64,000 nt of DNA from Tubiluchus corallicola (Eukaryota; Animalia; Priapulida), in assembly GCA_030141605.1 (NCBI GenBank), contig JAQGDQ010000039.1, positions 843,924-907,923 on the forward strand. Direction: 5' to 3'. The position numbers and the translations under genes were made by a program. Below the pieces are notes generated by a model, which was given only the letters and a program-made list of their open reading frames with translations, searched no databases and was not told the DNA's origin. How positions within the stretch are numbered: the stretch's first letter is position 1; each line of letters opens with the position of its first letter. Below, one piece after another: positions 41,401 through 55,400 of the stretch.

Positions 41401-44400
41401 AAAAACATTCACAACAAATTAAATTTACCCTCTGAAAAAACAGCAACTAATAGTATAATAGTATGATAAGACACGCAGTAAAAAAGCCAATTAACCAAAT
41501 TTTTTCTGCAACTTTTACAAAACTATGTAAGAGCACAAAAATATACCAGCATTTCACAAAGACAAAATACTAGACATCAACATGTACTACGTGCAAAATG
41601 ACACAAATTGCTGTTTACCATTAAAACAAAGTATACGGAGTTCGCTGATGTCTAAATTGTCCACGGATAATAAATCCTCAAACCGCTTTAGCCTGAAAGC
41701 ATAATTTAGTGTTTTTGTAAAATGTGCATTTTAATGTAAGTGACTGTGATTATAGATGTTAATTTTAAATAAAACACATTTGTTGTTGTTATCGTCATCT
41801 TTGTTATTATTATTATTACAATTATTGTTATTATCATAAAAGCATAAAATTCATCAATGAAGAAAGAGAGGGATGATTTAGCTAAGAAATTATATTACAC
41901 AACAATAACTTACACAAGGGCATTAGTCATAACAGCATAAAATAATATCTTGGCATGAGCTGAAGGGAAAAGCTCAGTAATCAGCATGTGTGCTTTGCTT
42001 ATGACAATTATGCAGCACTGAGCCAGGTCAGTAGGAATGGGTGACTGTTCGGAAAACTGCTTTTAGGCGGCTTCATCTGCAATATTACCTCTGACTATTT
42101 CTGTCACAGAGGGATGGTACAGTTTGCAGCTAAACATGATTAATTTCAAGTTGAGTCAACATTAGTAATATAGACTACCACTATGTAGATTGTGACTTGG
42201 CCATGTGTAACATACACACTATACTTCTAGTAACAGCTAATTTAACAGGATTTAATTTATTTTAGTACTTATTTTAGTACAAAAGTATCATATAAGAGAA
42301 CATACGTTCCAAGGTAAAAGACATATTTAAAATGTTAGTAATAGTGTGTGTGTGTGTGTGTGTTTCTATTATTTGCAAATTGGTACTATATTAGTTGTTT
42401 CCAAGGTCCAGAGAAACTGGCTGAAACTTCAAAAATGGGTGCCATGTATTTTGTTTAACTATCTACTTATTTTTGCATATTGGAATTTTTTATTATAATT
42501 TAGGTTACTGTACACAACCAGTAGCTACTATTATAAACAAAACTATGGTTGGACGTGTAGAGCTCGAAAGGATCTACAAAATGGTATCAAGTTTGCGTGT
42601 TCAGTACAATTCCGAAAAAATGTACAAACACTTAAAAACCGGGCACTTTTGATTAGTCACCAGAGAAATCCATATAGTTTTTAATGTACAACTTTAAATG
42701 TTAAATCAGAGATTATTAACAATATTTTTTTGCTTTTTATTGAAAGTCCAATATGTCCACTATGTAATGAAAACTGACGAATGATGACGACAGTATAACC
42801 TCCAACTTGACTAGTTCACACCAATGTAGTAACAGAATAATTACTTCAACAAATCAAAACTGAATTCTGTAAGGTAAGTATTCTTATCCCAGCACTTATT
42901 GTATGCTCACAGAGTTCCATGCTTATCTGGAGTGTAGCCATTACTGTAACTGTATTATTTTTATAGTAACATGTAATGCAACACAATTACTCCACTTAGT
43001 CTTGTAATCTGATTACTTTGGCAGTAACGCTACTAAACGTGCATTACTTATCCACCCAAGAATGACATTTTAGAATTAGACTGTTTTCATCATTTAGCTA
43101 CCTTGCTTTTGTTTATCTCTGTCACGTAATGCTTATATGCACACGAAATGTACCCACGGTGGATTCTAATCTAAGCAAGCATGAGCTACAGCAAATAAAT
43201 GATGAGATGATAAATGTCTTCTTGGATAAAATTGGTGTCAGTAATGTAAAGCCAGTTACCAATATATTTCGTCTTGAAAGTTAAAGATCAAAAAGGTAAC
43301 GATATGTTGAAATTCCAAGTTGAGTCTTATGCAGATAAAACAAGGATTTTAGAAGCATATCGCCAGATTTGTGATTCAGACAATCGTGAAACTGGAAATA
43401 TGTTTGTGCAGCCAGATTTAACATTCAAACAGCATGAAGAAAGAAAGGTACTCATGAAGGAATTAGAAGAAAGGAAAAAACGTGAGCCGTCAAAAAACGG
43501 GAGCATCAATTACGCCAGAGGAGTTGTTTACGAATGGAAAAATAAAAATAAATAGGTTGCAGTAAACAACATCCGAAGAGAGATTGTAACTCATGGAATA
43601 AAGTTAAGACTTATTCTGGGAAAAACATTAATGTTTTGTATACTAATGCAGATCAATTCTTAAACAAGAGACAGGAATTATTACAAAATCTACGCTTTAT
43701 CATGTAGTTGCAATTACGGAAGTGAACTCTAAATCTGGTGAAAATTACATAGAGAAAACTGAGTTAACAATCCCGGGTTATAATATACCTATTTATAACT
43801 CTTGTGGCCGTGGTGTAGTTATATACGTTCATCAGGGTATTGACTTTTTTGAACTACATTGTAAATATTTTAAGTGTGCAGTATGTGTAAAAATTAAACT
43901 TCAAGAGAATCAAAGTTTGTGTATTCTCTTGATATACAGAAGTCCATCCTCAACAATCAGTGATAATGCTAATCTTATTAAACTGATATCGTATGTGTGT
44001 GAATCTCACACATCAAATATAACTTATCAGGAATTGATTGGCAATTGGAGTTCTTCAATAATGCTACTGAAAATGAGTTTTTAGAATGCTTTGAGTTGAA
44101 CTTGTTATTTCAACACGTGAAATTTGCAACACGCTATCGCATTGGCACTGAACAAGATGATTTGGTAAAAAATTTGAGACCTAGTTCACCATTTGGTAAT
44201 AGTGACCATGTGTTTGCATTTTAGTTTGAATGTAAATGTATTGCCAGTCAAAATTCTACCTCAGAAGAAGATGTGTTTAAACAAAGTTAATTTCAGCAGT
44301 ATGTGTAATGCATTTAGCCAAGTTGATTGGATCAATGTTTTAAATAGTAATCTTACTCTTGATGATTTGTGGACAAAATTTCATAATGTGTACATGTCAG

Positions 44401-46303
44401 TTGTTGATGAATATGTGCCCAGTTTCTATCCAAGTTCTTGTAATAAGAGTAGTCGACCTCGGCCTTCTTGGTTAACTAAGCAGTTGCTTGACTGTATTAA
44501 GGAGAAAGAAAAGTTGTTTTTTGACTGGAAGAGGCAAAGAACAAAACCTTCTTATGAACGGTATGCTGCAAGGCGTAATGTGGTGAAAAATCTTATAACT
44601 ACTGCGACAAAAAGATATGAACGTAACTTAGCAAGTAATTGCAAGAGTAATCCTAAGGCATTCTGGCAGTATATCAATGCACTTCGGAAGCCAAAGTCTA
44701 GAATTCATTCACTGAAGAATTCCCAAGGTATTCTTGTCTCTGATTCAGAGGGAAGGCACAAATTTTGAACGATTTTTTAGTGTATTCAGCCCCAATGCTT
44801 CTGACTATGAAGTAACTACAGTGCAACAATATCCTGATATCAACAATGTTTCCATAACTGAAGAAGAAGTGCTCTTTGAGTTACAAATTCTCAATGTAAA
44901 CAAATCTGCTCCAGATAGTTACCATGCACGTATTTTAAATGAATGTAGAACTGTGCTTTTTAAGCCTATATACACCTTACTGGATAGGTCTTTTGCTGAC
45001 TGTCAGTTACCTGGACAATGGAAGGTGGCACAGGTTACTCCCATTCATAAAAAGGGGACAAGTCAGATCCATCGAACTACAGGCCAGTTTGCTTACTAAG
45101 TACAATTGATAAGGTGACAGAAAAAATCATGCGGAGGCATATAATGAACCATCTGGTAAGATACAACATTATTTGTGAAGAACAACATGGGTTTGTTAAA
45201 GGTAAAACAATGGTTACCCAACTGTTACAATGTTACGATGCATGGTTTGAGTTAAAAGATGCTAATAAGCTTTTTGATATAATATTACTGGACCTGAAAA
45301 AGGCATTTGATGTTGTACCTCATCACTTTCTGTTTGCAAAACTTAAAAGTTATGGCATAACTGGTTCAGTTTTATAGTGGATAGTTAACTTCTTAGAAAA
45401 TAGAAGACAATGTACGTGTGTTGACGGTAAAAATCGACTGAGTCCTTGATTACTAGTTTTGTACCGCAAGGTTCGGTGTTAGGTCCGTGTTTATTTGTGG
45501 TATTTATAAATGACTTGCTTAGTTGTGTGAGAAATTCTCTTCGTCTTTTTGCTGACGACAGCAAAATCTGGTCTGAATCTGATTCTTTTACCAGCTGTAA
45601 AGATCTTCAATTGGATGTAGAAGGGCTCTGTGATTGGGCAGTTGAAAATGGTATGCAGTTCCATCCCATTGTGTGGTAATTGCAATATTTTTAGGTTTTT
45701 AAGCGTATATTAATGTAAAATGAATGGTGTTCAAAGGTTGGTTTTTCCTGAAATTTTCGTGTTGCTGCAAGCATATTTTTATCATTTCTCATGAGTCCTA
45801 CAAAATAAACTTGAAGTAATCAGCAAAAATGATAAGTCAACTAGCCAATGGTTAAAACAATAGTCTCAATAGCGTTTAAAACTTTTGCTAGCGGTGTGTA
45901 CATTACGTAAACTAGAGCTCTGTGTAAACTAACGTATTCTAGACCCATTAAAAATAAAATAATATTAATTAACCAGCAACGCATATTTTAACCGTAGATA
46001 TAGGCTTTTTTCATAAGAGATTTTTTTACACAGGTGTAGATGTGTTTACTTTTTCTTCCATGTTAATATAACTATCTTGCTTTCACACAGAATCAGAGTT
46101 TTTGAATTCCACTCTAACCGATACAAAGTACAAGGAAATACCACAGGGAGACAAACTTAAACTAAATTAGAAAACATTAATAATAAAACACAAAGAACAT
46201 TTGTTTTATATAAAACCGTATAACAAGAAAAGAGGAAAGAGTTGAATTTCACAAAAAATCCATAAAAAGTAGTTTTATTTTACTTTTCTCTGTAAGCTGC
46301 CAT
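32497..46303 (-). CDS. TBC1D13: TBC1 domain family member 13 (Rab GAP), complete, 12 exons, 393 aa: 46303-46284, 41692-41619, 40916-40814, 40042-39946, 39255-39173, 38615-38459, 36638-36440, 35626-35528, 35311-35168, 34033-33952, 33094-33037, 32562-32497
   Basis: All introns are GT-AG and phase-consistent. MAAYREKLKRFEDLL..GIPDEAGIRSLCWRLLLNYLP..DVTLEDHPLNP..FKDNEVLIQIDKDVRRLCPD (R-finger)..EAHWEVVERILFIYAKLNPGLAYVQGMNE (Q-finger)..FRWLTLLLSQEF..DVIRVWDSLFAD..LLQNYPP. The 20-nt first exon is the least certain. Confidence 0.96.
34736..34966. mobile_element. pogo/Tigger-like MITE in a TBC1D13 intron
   Basis: TA|CACTCAAACCTCATTATAAC ... GGTTAAAAAGGTTTGACTG imperfect TIRs; internal repeat TTATAATGCCAAACT. 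Confidence 0.6.
37020..37800. mobile_element. Degenerate GC-rich DNA-transposon (MITE) fragments
   Basis: GC-rich blocks such as GGGGCCTGGGCCCCC and GGTGGCCGGGGCTCCCCCGACCCC in an AT-rich intron; no intact TIR pair seen. Confidence 0.4.
37928..38354. mobile_element. MITE family A, copy 1
   Basis: TIRs AATAAGCTTTTTCACAGTT / AACTGTGAAAAGGCTTATT; both subterminal regions match the copy at 52700-53079 in reverse orientation. Confidence 0.85.
39750..39905 (+). mobile_element. Helentron-associated (HINE/DINE-like) element end
   Basis: AAATTTCATGGAAATTAGTTAAGTAGTTTT..ATAATCCTGCTAACTAACAGATAAACAAAC..AAAACATAA, a recalled HINE-type layout (core, ACAA microsatellite, terminal block). Confidence 0.55.
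43150..45680 (+). mobile_element. Degenerate CR1/L2-group LINE (ORF1 C-terminus, APE endonuclease, reverse transcriptase) in TBC1D13 intron 1, antisense to host
   Basis: ORF1 FVQPDLTFKQHEERKVLMKELEERK. APE YTNADQFLNK, AITEV, GRGVVIYV, IYRSPS, GNSDH. RT QHGFVKGK, LDLKKAFDVVPH, VPQGSVLGPCLFVVFINDL, LFADDSKI. Multiple frameshifts and stops. Confidence 0.95.
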
Positions 46304-46559
46304 GATAATGATAAAATGATTAAAATTGTGATGCACCGAAAAACATCAAATTTTCTTCAATTTATTTTATTTTAGTTGAACACTTTACCTGAGCGTAAGA
46401 TATATTTACGGATACTTACTGAAGTGTAGACCATTAACTTCATGTAAATTGGCAATTTAATCGGTGGTAATCAGAGAATAGTCTGACTGTGTATGATATT
46501 TTATCAGATATAACTGTTGATGAAGACAAAGAATAGTAGTGGTCTGAGTACACTTTATT

Positions 46560-47110
46560 ATGAGGATCCCCAGATGTTACATGCTCTATCAGAGCACTGT
46601 ATCAAATCTCTGCTTCTATCGATGACTCACCCTCGAACATTGCATCTTGTATTTTGCCGAAAAGAAATAATGATCCAATGATTATGTTTGCTGTAATTTG
46701 GATAATAGTCTTGAATGGGGCACCTTACCAAAGGCTTGAAGAGTGGCATTGGTTTGTTGACCTTCATTGACAATAAATGTGGCACGAACTGTGGTGATAT
46801 ATAGTTGAGTCTTGCATGACCAATTTTTGAGAAAGCCATGCTGGGCATCACAGAAAATTTGATGACTTTCTAAGTGGTTGATAGCAAGCACTATAAATGA
46901 TGTGTTACTGTACAGCTAATAATTGCGATCGAAATGAATCGGTATAGTTTGCTGGGTAGACTTTTCTTGTGAAGGGCAGAAATGTGACTAAGCTTTCAGT
47001 CACCTGATGTAATGTCTCGATATAGTATCAGTTGATATGTTAATGTCACTGCTGTCGAAGATTCCTTGACTGCAATCCGAAAATTCCACTTATATTACCA
47101 GGACCAGTAA
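46560..47110 (-). mobile_element. Degenerate LINE RT fragment
   Basis: CDAQHGFLKNWSCKTQL...AFGKVPHSRLLSKL. Confidence 0.8.
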
Positions 47111-47599
47111 GGCGGTAACTCTGCATGTTAAAGACTGCAGCAAAGTGGTTAGCACTAGTTTTTACACCACTGTGAACCACTTTTAGTACAATTTTCAGTG
47201 GGACCATTTACCCTAGATGTATTACATTGTCTGCTTTCAATACTGAATTTATATAGTAGATTTGTACATATAGCATACTCATAAAGATGACTATATAAAG
47301 ACTATAAAATACAATACACATAATTTATGTTCAATAATTTTTATTTCTTAATACCTGAAATAAGGTTTATTCACACTGAACCATAATACGTCCCAGTTCA
47401 TTTTCTGCTAAATAAAGTGGCTTCTCTGGCATTTTTCCCTGCAAAACAACGAATAACTTCACGAAAATTAACTTTCCTTGCAAGTTCAGCTTCAGTAGTT
47501 AATCTTGCAGGTCTGTTAGCCATCCCTGCCTCAACATGGATCTAAGGAAATTTTTATATTGTTTTAGTTTGTTTTCATTGCATCAGGTGGGGTTGTGAG

Positions 47600-48260
47600 T
47601 TACTTCCCGAGGTAGTTCACCCACTTGGCAATGTTCTTTGCAGCACTGAATCAAATTGTGAGTCCACCAATTTTATCATTTATGATCACACAAAAAAGAC
47701 TCCCTGAAATGACTCTCTTCGTTTTCTGCACGAGCTGCATAGGTCATATTTTTGTCATGGAATCTTGTTTCCTTGTAACTTGCTTTACCACGACCTCGAG
47801 GCAGTTGCATTTTTTGGGAGCAATAAGCTTTCATTGGCTGGACAATGCACAAAGCTAACACTAGTTACTGACCTGAGCAAATTGTTAGACCTAGCATGCA
47901 TAGATTAAGTTAAAACAATTTAGGGTTTCTAAGGGCATTTCAAATGATCATGTTGAGGTACAAAATTTATCATTTAAGGGCCTGGAGCAATGTACCGGCT
48001 GCACCACCATCTCCTTGGGCCTGGTCTCAAACATAGTGCAGACTGTTATGTGTGAGACAAGCAATACTTTCACTGTAAATATCGAGGGTTTGATAGTTCT
48101 CCGTTGTTTCAGCAATAGCTGCCCATAAAACAGAAAGGTCTTGAGTTCACGTACTAGTGGAGGTGGAAAATTCAGGCTTTTGATTTTCTTATTGCTTTGG
48201 TGCATTGTTGGAATGATGCTGGCAATACCAAATACTTATGCAGTTGGCTGTCATATATTC
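47600..48260 (-). mobile_element. Very degraded Gypsy-like LTR retrotransposon pol remnant
   Basis: KIKSLNFPPPLVRELKTFL resembles the RT-RNaseH connection; QKTKRVISGSLFCVIINDKI resembles the integrase zinc-binding region. Weak similarity only. Confidence 0.35.
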
Positions 48261-49416
48261 TACACAGATATAAATCCAGCACTTAAAGATTGTAAAATTG
48301 TTTTGACCAGATTGTAAAAATGGAGAAAATTTACTTACTGAAAAGGAAAGAACAAGTCACGCAGCATGTTGGGTTTATTTACCATTACCACTTAAACTTA
48401 TAAAAATATAACAAAGAAATTTGCAAAGAATTCTTCAAGACGAATGATGCCATTTGAGGAAGAATGGGCATTGAAAATGGGAGAGCCTAAAGTGTTTTAT
48501 TAATTACATGAGGCATTTATTGCAGTTTTATTGCTAAATCCTTCTAACATTCTTTGCGAACGTTGAATTAAGCTTGACTTCCCAGAAGGTTTTGCCTTTT
48601 TTAGTCAACTGTTAGTCTGTCAAGACATCAGAAGATAATTATGTTCTAACACAATATAATTTATAGTATCATGTCAAATACATGGACCATTGACTGTGTA
48701 ATCTATTGTACGGTTTTTGGCAAAATATCGACACAAAACATGGAGTTAATCAATGTTCATGATAGCTTCATCTTACAAATGAGTGCTAATAAGTGAAATC
48801 ATGAATAATAAACGTACATTCCATTGTTTCAATGTTTTTGCAGTGTTTGTTTTGTGAAATTTATTATAAGTATAGAATCGAAGTGTTCACGACTTGGCCT
48901 GGGCAAGATGCCTGTTATCGGTGCGTCACTGCAGAAAAAAAATCACTCAGCCTTGTGGGAATTATTTTGCATTAATGGCACCCTCATCGTTGTGTTTTTG
49001 TATTTAATTATAGTAAATTGAATATAAAAATACGTTTTTTAAATTTTTTCATTTAAATCGCTTTTAGTGTAAGTCTAATAAGCAGGCTTTGTTGAATGAT
49101 CACTTTCTGTTTTTTCTGAAGTTTATGTTAATGTAATATTAGCAGTGCTTGTTGTGAGAAAGGGCGTTTGTAAATGATACCAAATTGCTAAAATTAATGT
49201 TTGAGCAACACATTTCTGATTATCTGATTTCATCTCTGTTTGTAGTAGGTTTAACACTTGTCCCGATCCTAACTCGAAACGTTAGCGATGAAGCTAGTAA
49301 AAGTGTTATGATGTTAAGTGCACCGTGAAACTTAGCTGTAATTTTGTAAACGGCGGCTATTTTAAGTGTCTTTTATTTGCAGGAAAAGGAAGTGCTGAGA
49401 CAATCTGCAGAAAGAA

Positions 49417-52400
49417 ATGAAGAAGCCTTCAATTCCACGTCTCTTTGAATCTGAAGCACCACAGTCACTCTTTGACATTTGCTTGCAGTTATGCTGCCGA
49501 AATTTCAATACTTTGGCGGAATATGACAGACAACATTGTAGATACAGAATAAGGAAAAATGTGGCCTTGCCTTCAGAAATATGTGAACATTTGCTAAGAA
49601 CTTTTTTGTTCTGTCGCAAGGGCTACCATAATTTTAATCTGTCCCCGGAAGACTTTGTCTCCTTAGATACATTTGTCAGTATTTTTGAGAATATGAAGTG
49701 TCGTGGACTGAAAAGGGTCAACTTTCAGGACAGTGATGAAGTAACTGATGCTGATATTGCTGTTATCAGTAATCATTCTCTCATAGAACTGAATATTTCA
49801 AATTGTAAGAAATTAACACATTTATCCATGCACAGGATTCAGCAAATACGTAGTCTGCGGATTTTAAGATTGGGTCTTTCAGCACCGCAGTTGTTGTCTT
49901 CTACATCAGTTAACGAAACAAAACCAGACCAATTGGACTATATTAGTCCTTCTTCGCTATCACGTCTGACAGAAGACGATCAATCGCACTTGAATGTGGA
50001 ATCCTTATTTCCGAATCTACGTGTCTTGACCATTAATAACCTTGATATTTCACTTGCCGAAGCGCCTACAGCTTTTCAAAAATTGTTACAGCCGTTACAT
50101 CAGTTACAGTATTTGGACTTGTCACTGTGCCATAGTGATGGGATTCTACGTCATATTTCACATCTAAAAAACTTGTCTGTTCTTGTTTTGTATGATGTTG
50201 TTGACTTTCATCGTTTTGTAAACACTATTTGCAACATCAAAACACTCAGGTAAAAATATTTTTATTGATTACAAACGTTTCTTGCAGGATTCTGTTTACA
50301 CATTTAAAAGGTATTGTTATACATTTAAAATGTATTGTCCTACTAATATATATATATATATATACTATATATATATTTGACAGAAATACATGTTAAAGGC
50401 TTTGTGAAGGTTTAGGCATTTTGATTACAATCCTGTTTTTAGTATTTTATTTAGGCACTTTAACTGTTTCCGGACACGTTAAGAAACAATTCCCTATTAG
50501 CATAAAGTTTCTACTCTCCAAATTTTGTGAAATTTTTAAAAAAAACTGATAGCTTACAAGTAAATTATATGAGAACAAAAAAGTTCTGTTGTGTTCTTCA
50601 TTTTCAGTCTTTGAGGAAGTGTTTTGCAAACTAATGGTTAAAAATTTTGCTTTGCACTTGTATAACATCTCAGGTAACAATGAACTTGATCTGTCCGACC
50701 CTCATTTGCGCAGGCTATTATTAGCAGGCCGAGGTAATCTTTGTTGTCATTTGAGTGTATATTCACAGAAAGTAGCAACAGCAAGCAATGACAGTGAGCA
50801 GTACTCGGAACACATTTGAATATTATCATGCTTTTGAATTTACAATGCTCTAGAGATTTTTTGTTGAACAGTCATATGTGTAAGCTGTCATTTGGAATGA
50901 TATGAAAAAACTTTGAAATGAAAACTCAGTGGAATTTTGCAAACGTCTCAAATTATCCTGCTAATCAGTAAAAGATCTAAACATTAAATTTACAGTGCTA
51001 GAAAGAAAATTTATTTCTCTCAAAATAAATAAATATGTATATATATATTTATTTATTCTGAAAGTATATATATATATATATTATATATATATATTGATAT
51101 GCCTCAATGATATATATGATATATATATATATCAGAATGATATATATATGACAGAATGATATATATATATATATATATATATTCATTCTGAAAAAGAATT
51201 AAATTTTCTTTATATATCATACACTATAAATATATATATATCATATATCCAAGGGTGCCAAAACGGCCTAAATATTGATAGTTGTGAAGGAGTTAAATGA
51301 CTATTTTATGATATTTTTATGCATTGTCGTTTTGCACACAGTCTGTATTAAGTCTTTTGCATTTACTTTTCTCAAAATGAGTGGTAGACTTTTTGGAGAA
51401 CCATTCATATGTTTTTGTGCTTAGAATCCTTGAATAGGTGACATATTAACCTCATTGGACTTGAATGTACTGTAGTGTGTCTCTTTTTCAGGCATTTAGA
51501 CATTTCACGTAGTGAAGAGCAAGCAACCATGGATTTTCGGAAGGCAAATTCGTTGCTACAAATGATTGTCAGCAGTTTACCTGCATTGGTGTCATTAGAC
51601 ATTTCTTGTACTGAACTAGCTGCTCTTGAGCAACCCCAGCAAAATGCTTTACAAAACCACAACAGTCATCATTACTTCGATGACGATAACGATGACGATA
51701 GCAATGATGTTGGTGGCTTTAGGCAGAAAAAAGTTGATAGTGCTAAAAAGTAAGCACACCAAGTTGCAACAACTGATTCACTACTAAAATTAATATTATA
51801 AATGTAAAACATTACTTTTTGTATGGCCTTGGTTCGACTTAAAGGCTTATATAACTCCAACAGACACTGGCGGTTTTTTAGCGATATTATTATGATTACA
51901 CAAAGAATTCCCAGTTATCATTAAACGAATGAAAGTTATAAATTAAATATCTTGAATTTTTCTGGCAAATTTCGAACATGTGCATTGCCGCAAAGACTGC
52001 CATTGTTTGCCAAAAACCGCAAAGATTGCTATGTTTTGCATCTTTGGCGCGAGTGAGTGAGAATGACGTACTTAGTGTAAAAATCGTTTTTGGTTAAACC
52101 GTGTTTGTTTACCGATCTTTGGTGACCTCGTGATTGTACTCATTACATCATTTGTCTCGTGCAACGAAAAATGGCATTTCTTCAAATTTAATACCGCTAA
52201 CAACGAAGTGATAAAAATCAAAAGAAACAAGTTTACAGTAAGTTTATAAAAATAAACTGAATATTTGTAATGAGAGTTTGATTGCAAGTTGTAAAAGCTT
52301 ATTACAGTGAGGGTTTTGTTTGACTTTAATGCTTTTGTTGTTCGTAGTGTTATTCAGAGTGAAATCATTGCTCTTCGATGTTTACGTCAACCTCTGGAAT

Positions 52401-55400
52401 TTCTTGGTCTTCTGAACTGCGTAAATGAACCTTGCCTTCGGCAACACATCCCAGCACTACAGGTAATGTTATTATTAAGCAAAAAAATTCTGTTATAGTC
52501 TTGTATGTTGTAAAAGTAATGTAGTTTAGTATTTTACCGGATTTAGTGTATAGCTGGTTCTGAAGTGACATTCACGGGGGTTACCTTTTCTCAATATATG
52601 CATTGATTTTATGTCATTTCTTATAGGTTATCATATAGCTACGGTTTTATTTCTTAAGGATTCTTGTAGTTAAGTGATTATAAGCTGTACTTTTTGGGCA
52701 GTAAGCTTTTTCACTGTTTCGTTGTGCACATGCACAGTTGCTGTAGGTCGAAGGTTCAGTGAACCCAGCAATACGTCTTGACTACAACCGTCATGTCACA
52801 TGTATGTAAAGCAAAGCCATCTGATGCATTAGTTCAGTAACTTCATTTGTCTTACATGGACTTTACTTAAGTAGGGGCCTATGCATTAGTCTGTGCACAG
52901 AGTGACGTATTAGCAGGATCTTGCTTGGGCACAAGAAAAAATGAACTAGGTATCATTCTAGCTAGCTGTTAAAACCATTACTATTACAGTAGCTTGGTCT
53001 GTGAGGCATTGTCTGTTTCACTTAACCTTTGACCTTTTCACGATCATCATCAATCGCTAGAACTGTGAAAAGGCTTATTACTTTACTGTAAAACCTGCAT
53101 ATCTAACATGTGCATTGTCTACCAATGATGAGTTAAAGGCGAATACTAAGAGCGGACGGGTCTCTACAGTCACTACAGTTGTCTGTATTGATGGCTTGCT
53201 GAACTCATGAGTAAAGTGCATTGCTGAGGTGACAGACTGCAGTGTTTGAGTGCCACATTGTTTAAGAAACCTTGGATTAACTTTTTGCAGTTTTAAATTT
53301 GGCAAAACTTTTGAAATTTTCTTTGCATATTTTATTATCTTACAGTTGTCGAGCTTTTATTGTACAATACGTGAGATCAGAAATGTGGCAACACAATTAA
53401 AACTGATTGAGCTATTGTTTTAAAATATCACTAAAAATTGATATGTTGATATTTTTTCAGGTAAGGTAGTTAAAATATTAAGAAAATATATTAAGACCAT
53501 GTTCGATAGTTCAAGGCAAGTTCAGAATTGTTCTGTTTTGCCTCTTTTCAATATTTAGTTAAGCAATTGTGTGTTTGTATTTAAGCTGTTGCGTTTAATC
53601 AACACATTTGTATTTTTAGCCATTTTATGGGATAGTAATGTCAGTCTGTTACTTGATTCATGCAGGTTATTGGAGATGCTTACGAACAACAGATTATAAC
53701 CTCACTGGAACACTACATGGATAGAGTTGAACAGCTAGTAAGGTCATTGAATGATTTATTTCAACTATATAGGACAACGACAGTGCATAATAACCGCCGC
53801 GCACTTGAGGTACAGTGCACATGAGTAAATTCACAATTATACTAATAGGGTAAAACATGTTGGTTTTAAGGTCACTTTGAAATCTGTTTAATAACTGTAA
53901 CTAGTGAATCATGTGCTTTGTTGTCAGACAAGCATGTTAAACAGTATAAAGCAAACAACTTTCATTTTCTACACAAACCTGAGTACCTACATTTTCACAT
54001 TTATTTATTTATTATTGACATTTATGCATATACTAAAATTGTATGAAAGAAAGAATCTCCAGGTGCATACGCACTTACGCTGTTCCTATAAGACTTAAAA
54101 AGATGCACAGAAATAAAATTCTAAAAACAATACCCTAAAGTTGAATATCTCTCATTAAAAAGCTCCTAATAAAATGTACCTAAATATGAATTATATACTA
54201 TATACAACACGTTTTATACAGTAATACGATTTGGAAAGAACCAATTACGCCATGACAATGTTACATGTTTTGGATAACGTTGCAATGGGCAGTAAATTAG
54301 CATTAGTTAATCTTTTACTGAAAACTGACAAACTGGTAGCTAGAACTACATGAGAGTCCAGAGCATTCCAAATGTTTACAACTCTGTTCGATACGTGTAA
54401 TCTCGAGAAAGACGTAAACAATTTAAAGTTGTGACCATGCAAGTGGTTGGTTGAAGCACACTGGAAAAAATCATCAAAACTTAAATCCACTATTTATGAC
54501 AAATTTTGTATAACATCTTAAGATCACAAACTAGTGTTTTAATTCGAGTGGCTGCAATTCTAGTTTTGACAGTCTGTCTAAATAAGAGACATAATTAAAG
54601 TGACATCGTTGGTACAGCCTACGAGAAAAATATCTCTGGACCTTTTCAATACTGTCAGTATCTTGCATATAGTGCTGGGACCACACTGATGAGCAGTACT
54701 CCAACAAGGGACGCACATAAGCTTTATAAGCATTCAACAGTGCAGTTTTGTTTATAGTGTAGAAACACCGAAAAATCATGTTTGCCATACAAAATGCTTT
54801 AGAAACTATGATACAATGTGTTGAGAATTTGAAAGCGGATAATACTGTAACACTCAAGTCATTACATTCGTTACTATGGGTAAGGGGGGTGCCATTAGGA
54901 AAATACTGAAGATAAGGATTGCCAAATATTAAATGAAACATGGTGCACTTATGCGCAGCTATATTCAGTTGCCATTTGTAGGACCAGTCTGTTAATTGGT
55001 CAGTAGCACAACGCAATAATAAATGGCCTGCACATGAAGCACACATTTTCAAATCATCAGCATATAATTTACAAGTAACAGGATCGAGAACTTCAGGTAG
55101 ATCGTTAATAAACAAAACAGACAACAGTGGTCCCAATATACTACCCTGTGGGGTACTGTATGTGTGTGTGTGTGTGTGCGTGCGCGCGCGTGTGTGTGTT
55201 ACATTGGTCTATGAGAATTGTTTATTTACATATTGTTTTCTTCTGTGAAGGTTGTTATCTATTTATCTGCTGGGCAAGATTAGTTCTTTGCTGCAGAACA
55301 AAGCAGGGTGACTTTTAATGAGTTTAATGAGCATATAAGTCAGTTGGTTAAACTCTGAAAGATGGTCTATGCATGCCAAAACACCGGTTACAAGTGTACT

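Noticed and set aside
43150-45680. Active or domesticated reverse transcriptase gene
   Set aside because: Many frameshifts, stops and deletions; an ordinary decayed LINE.
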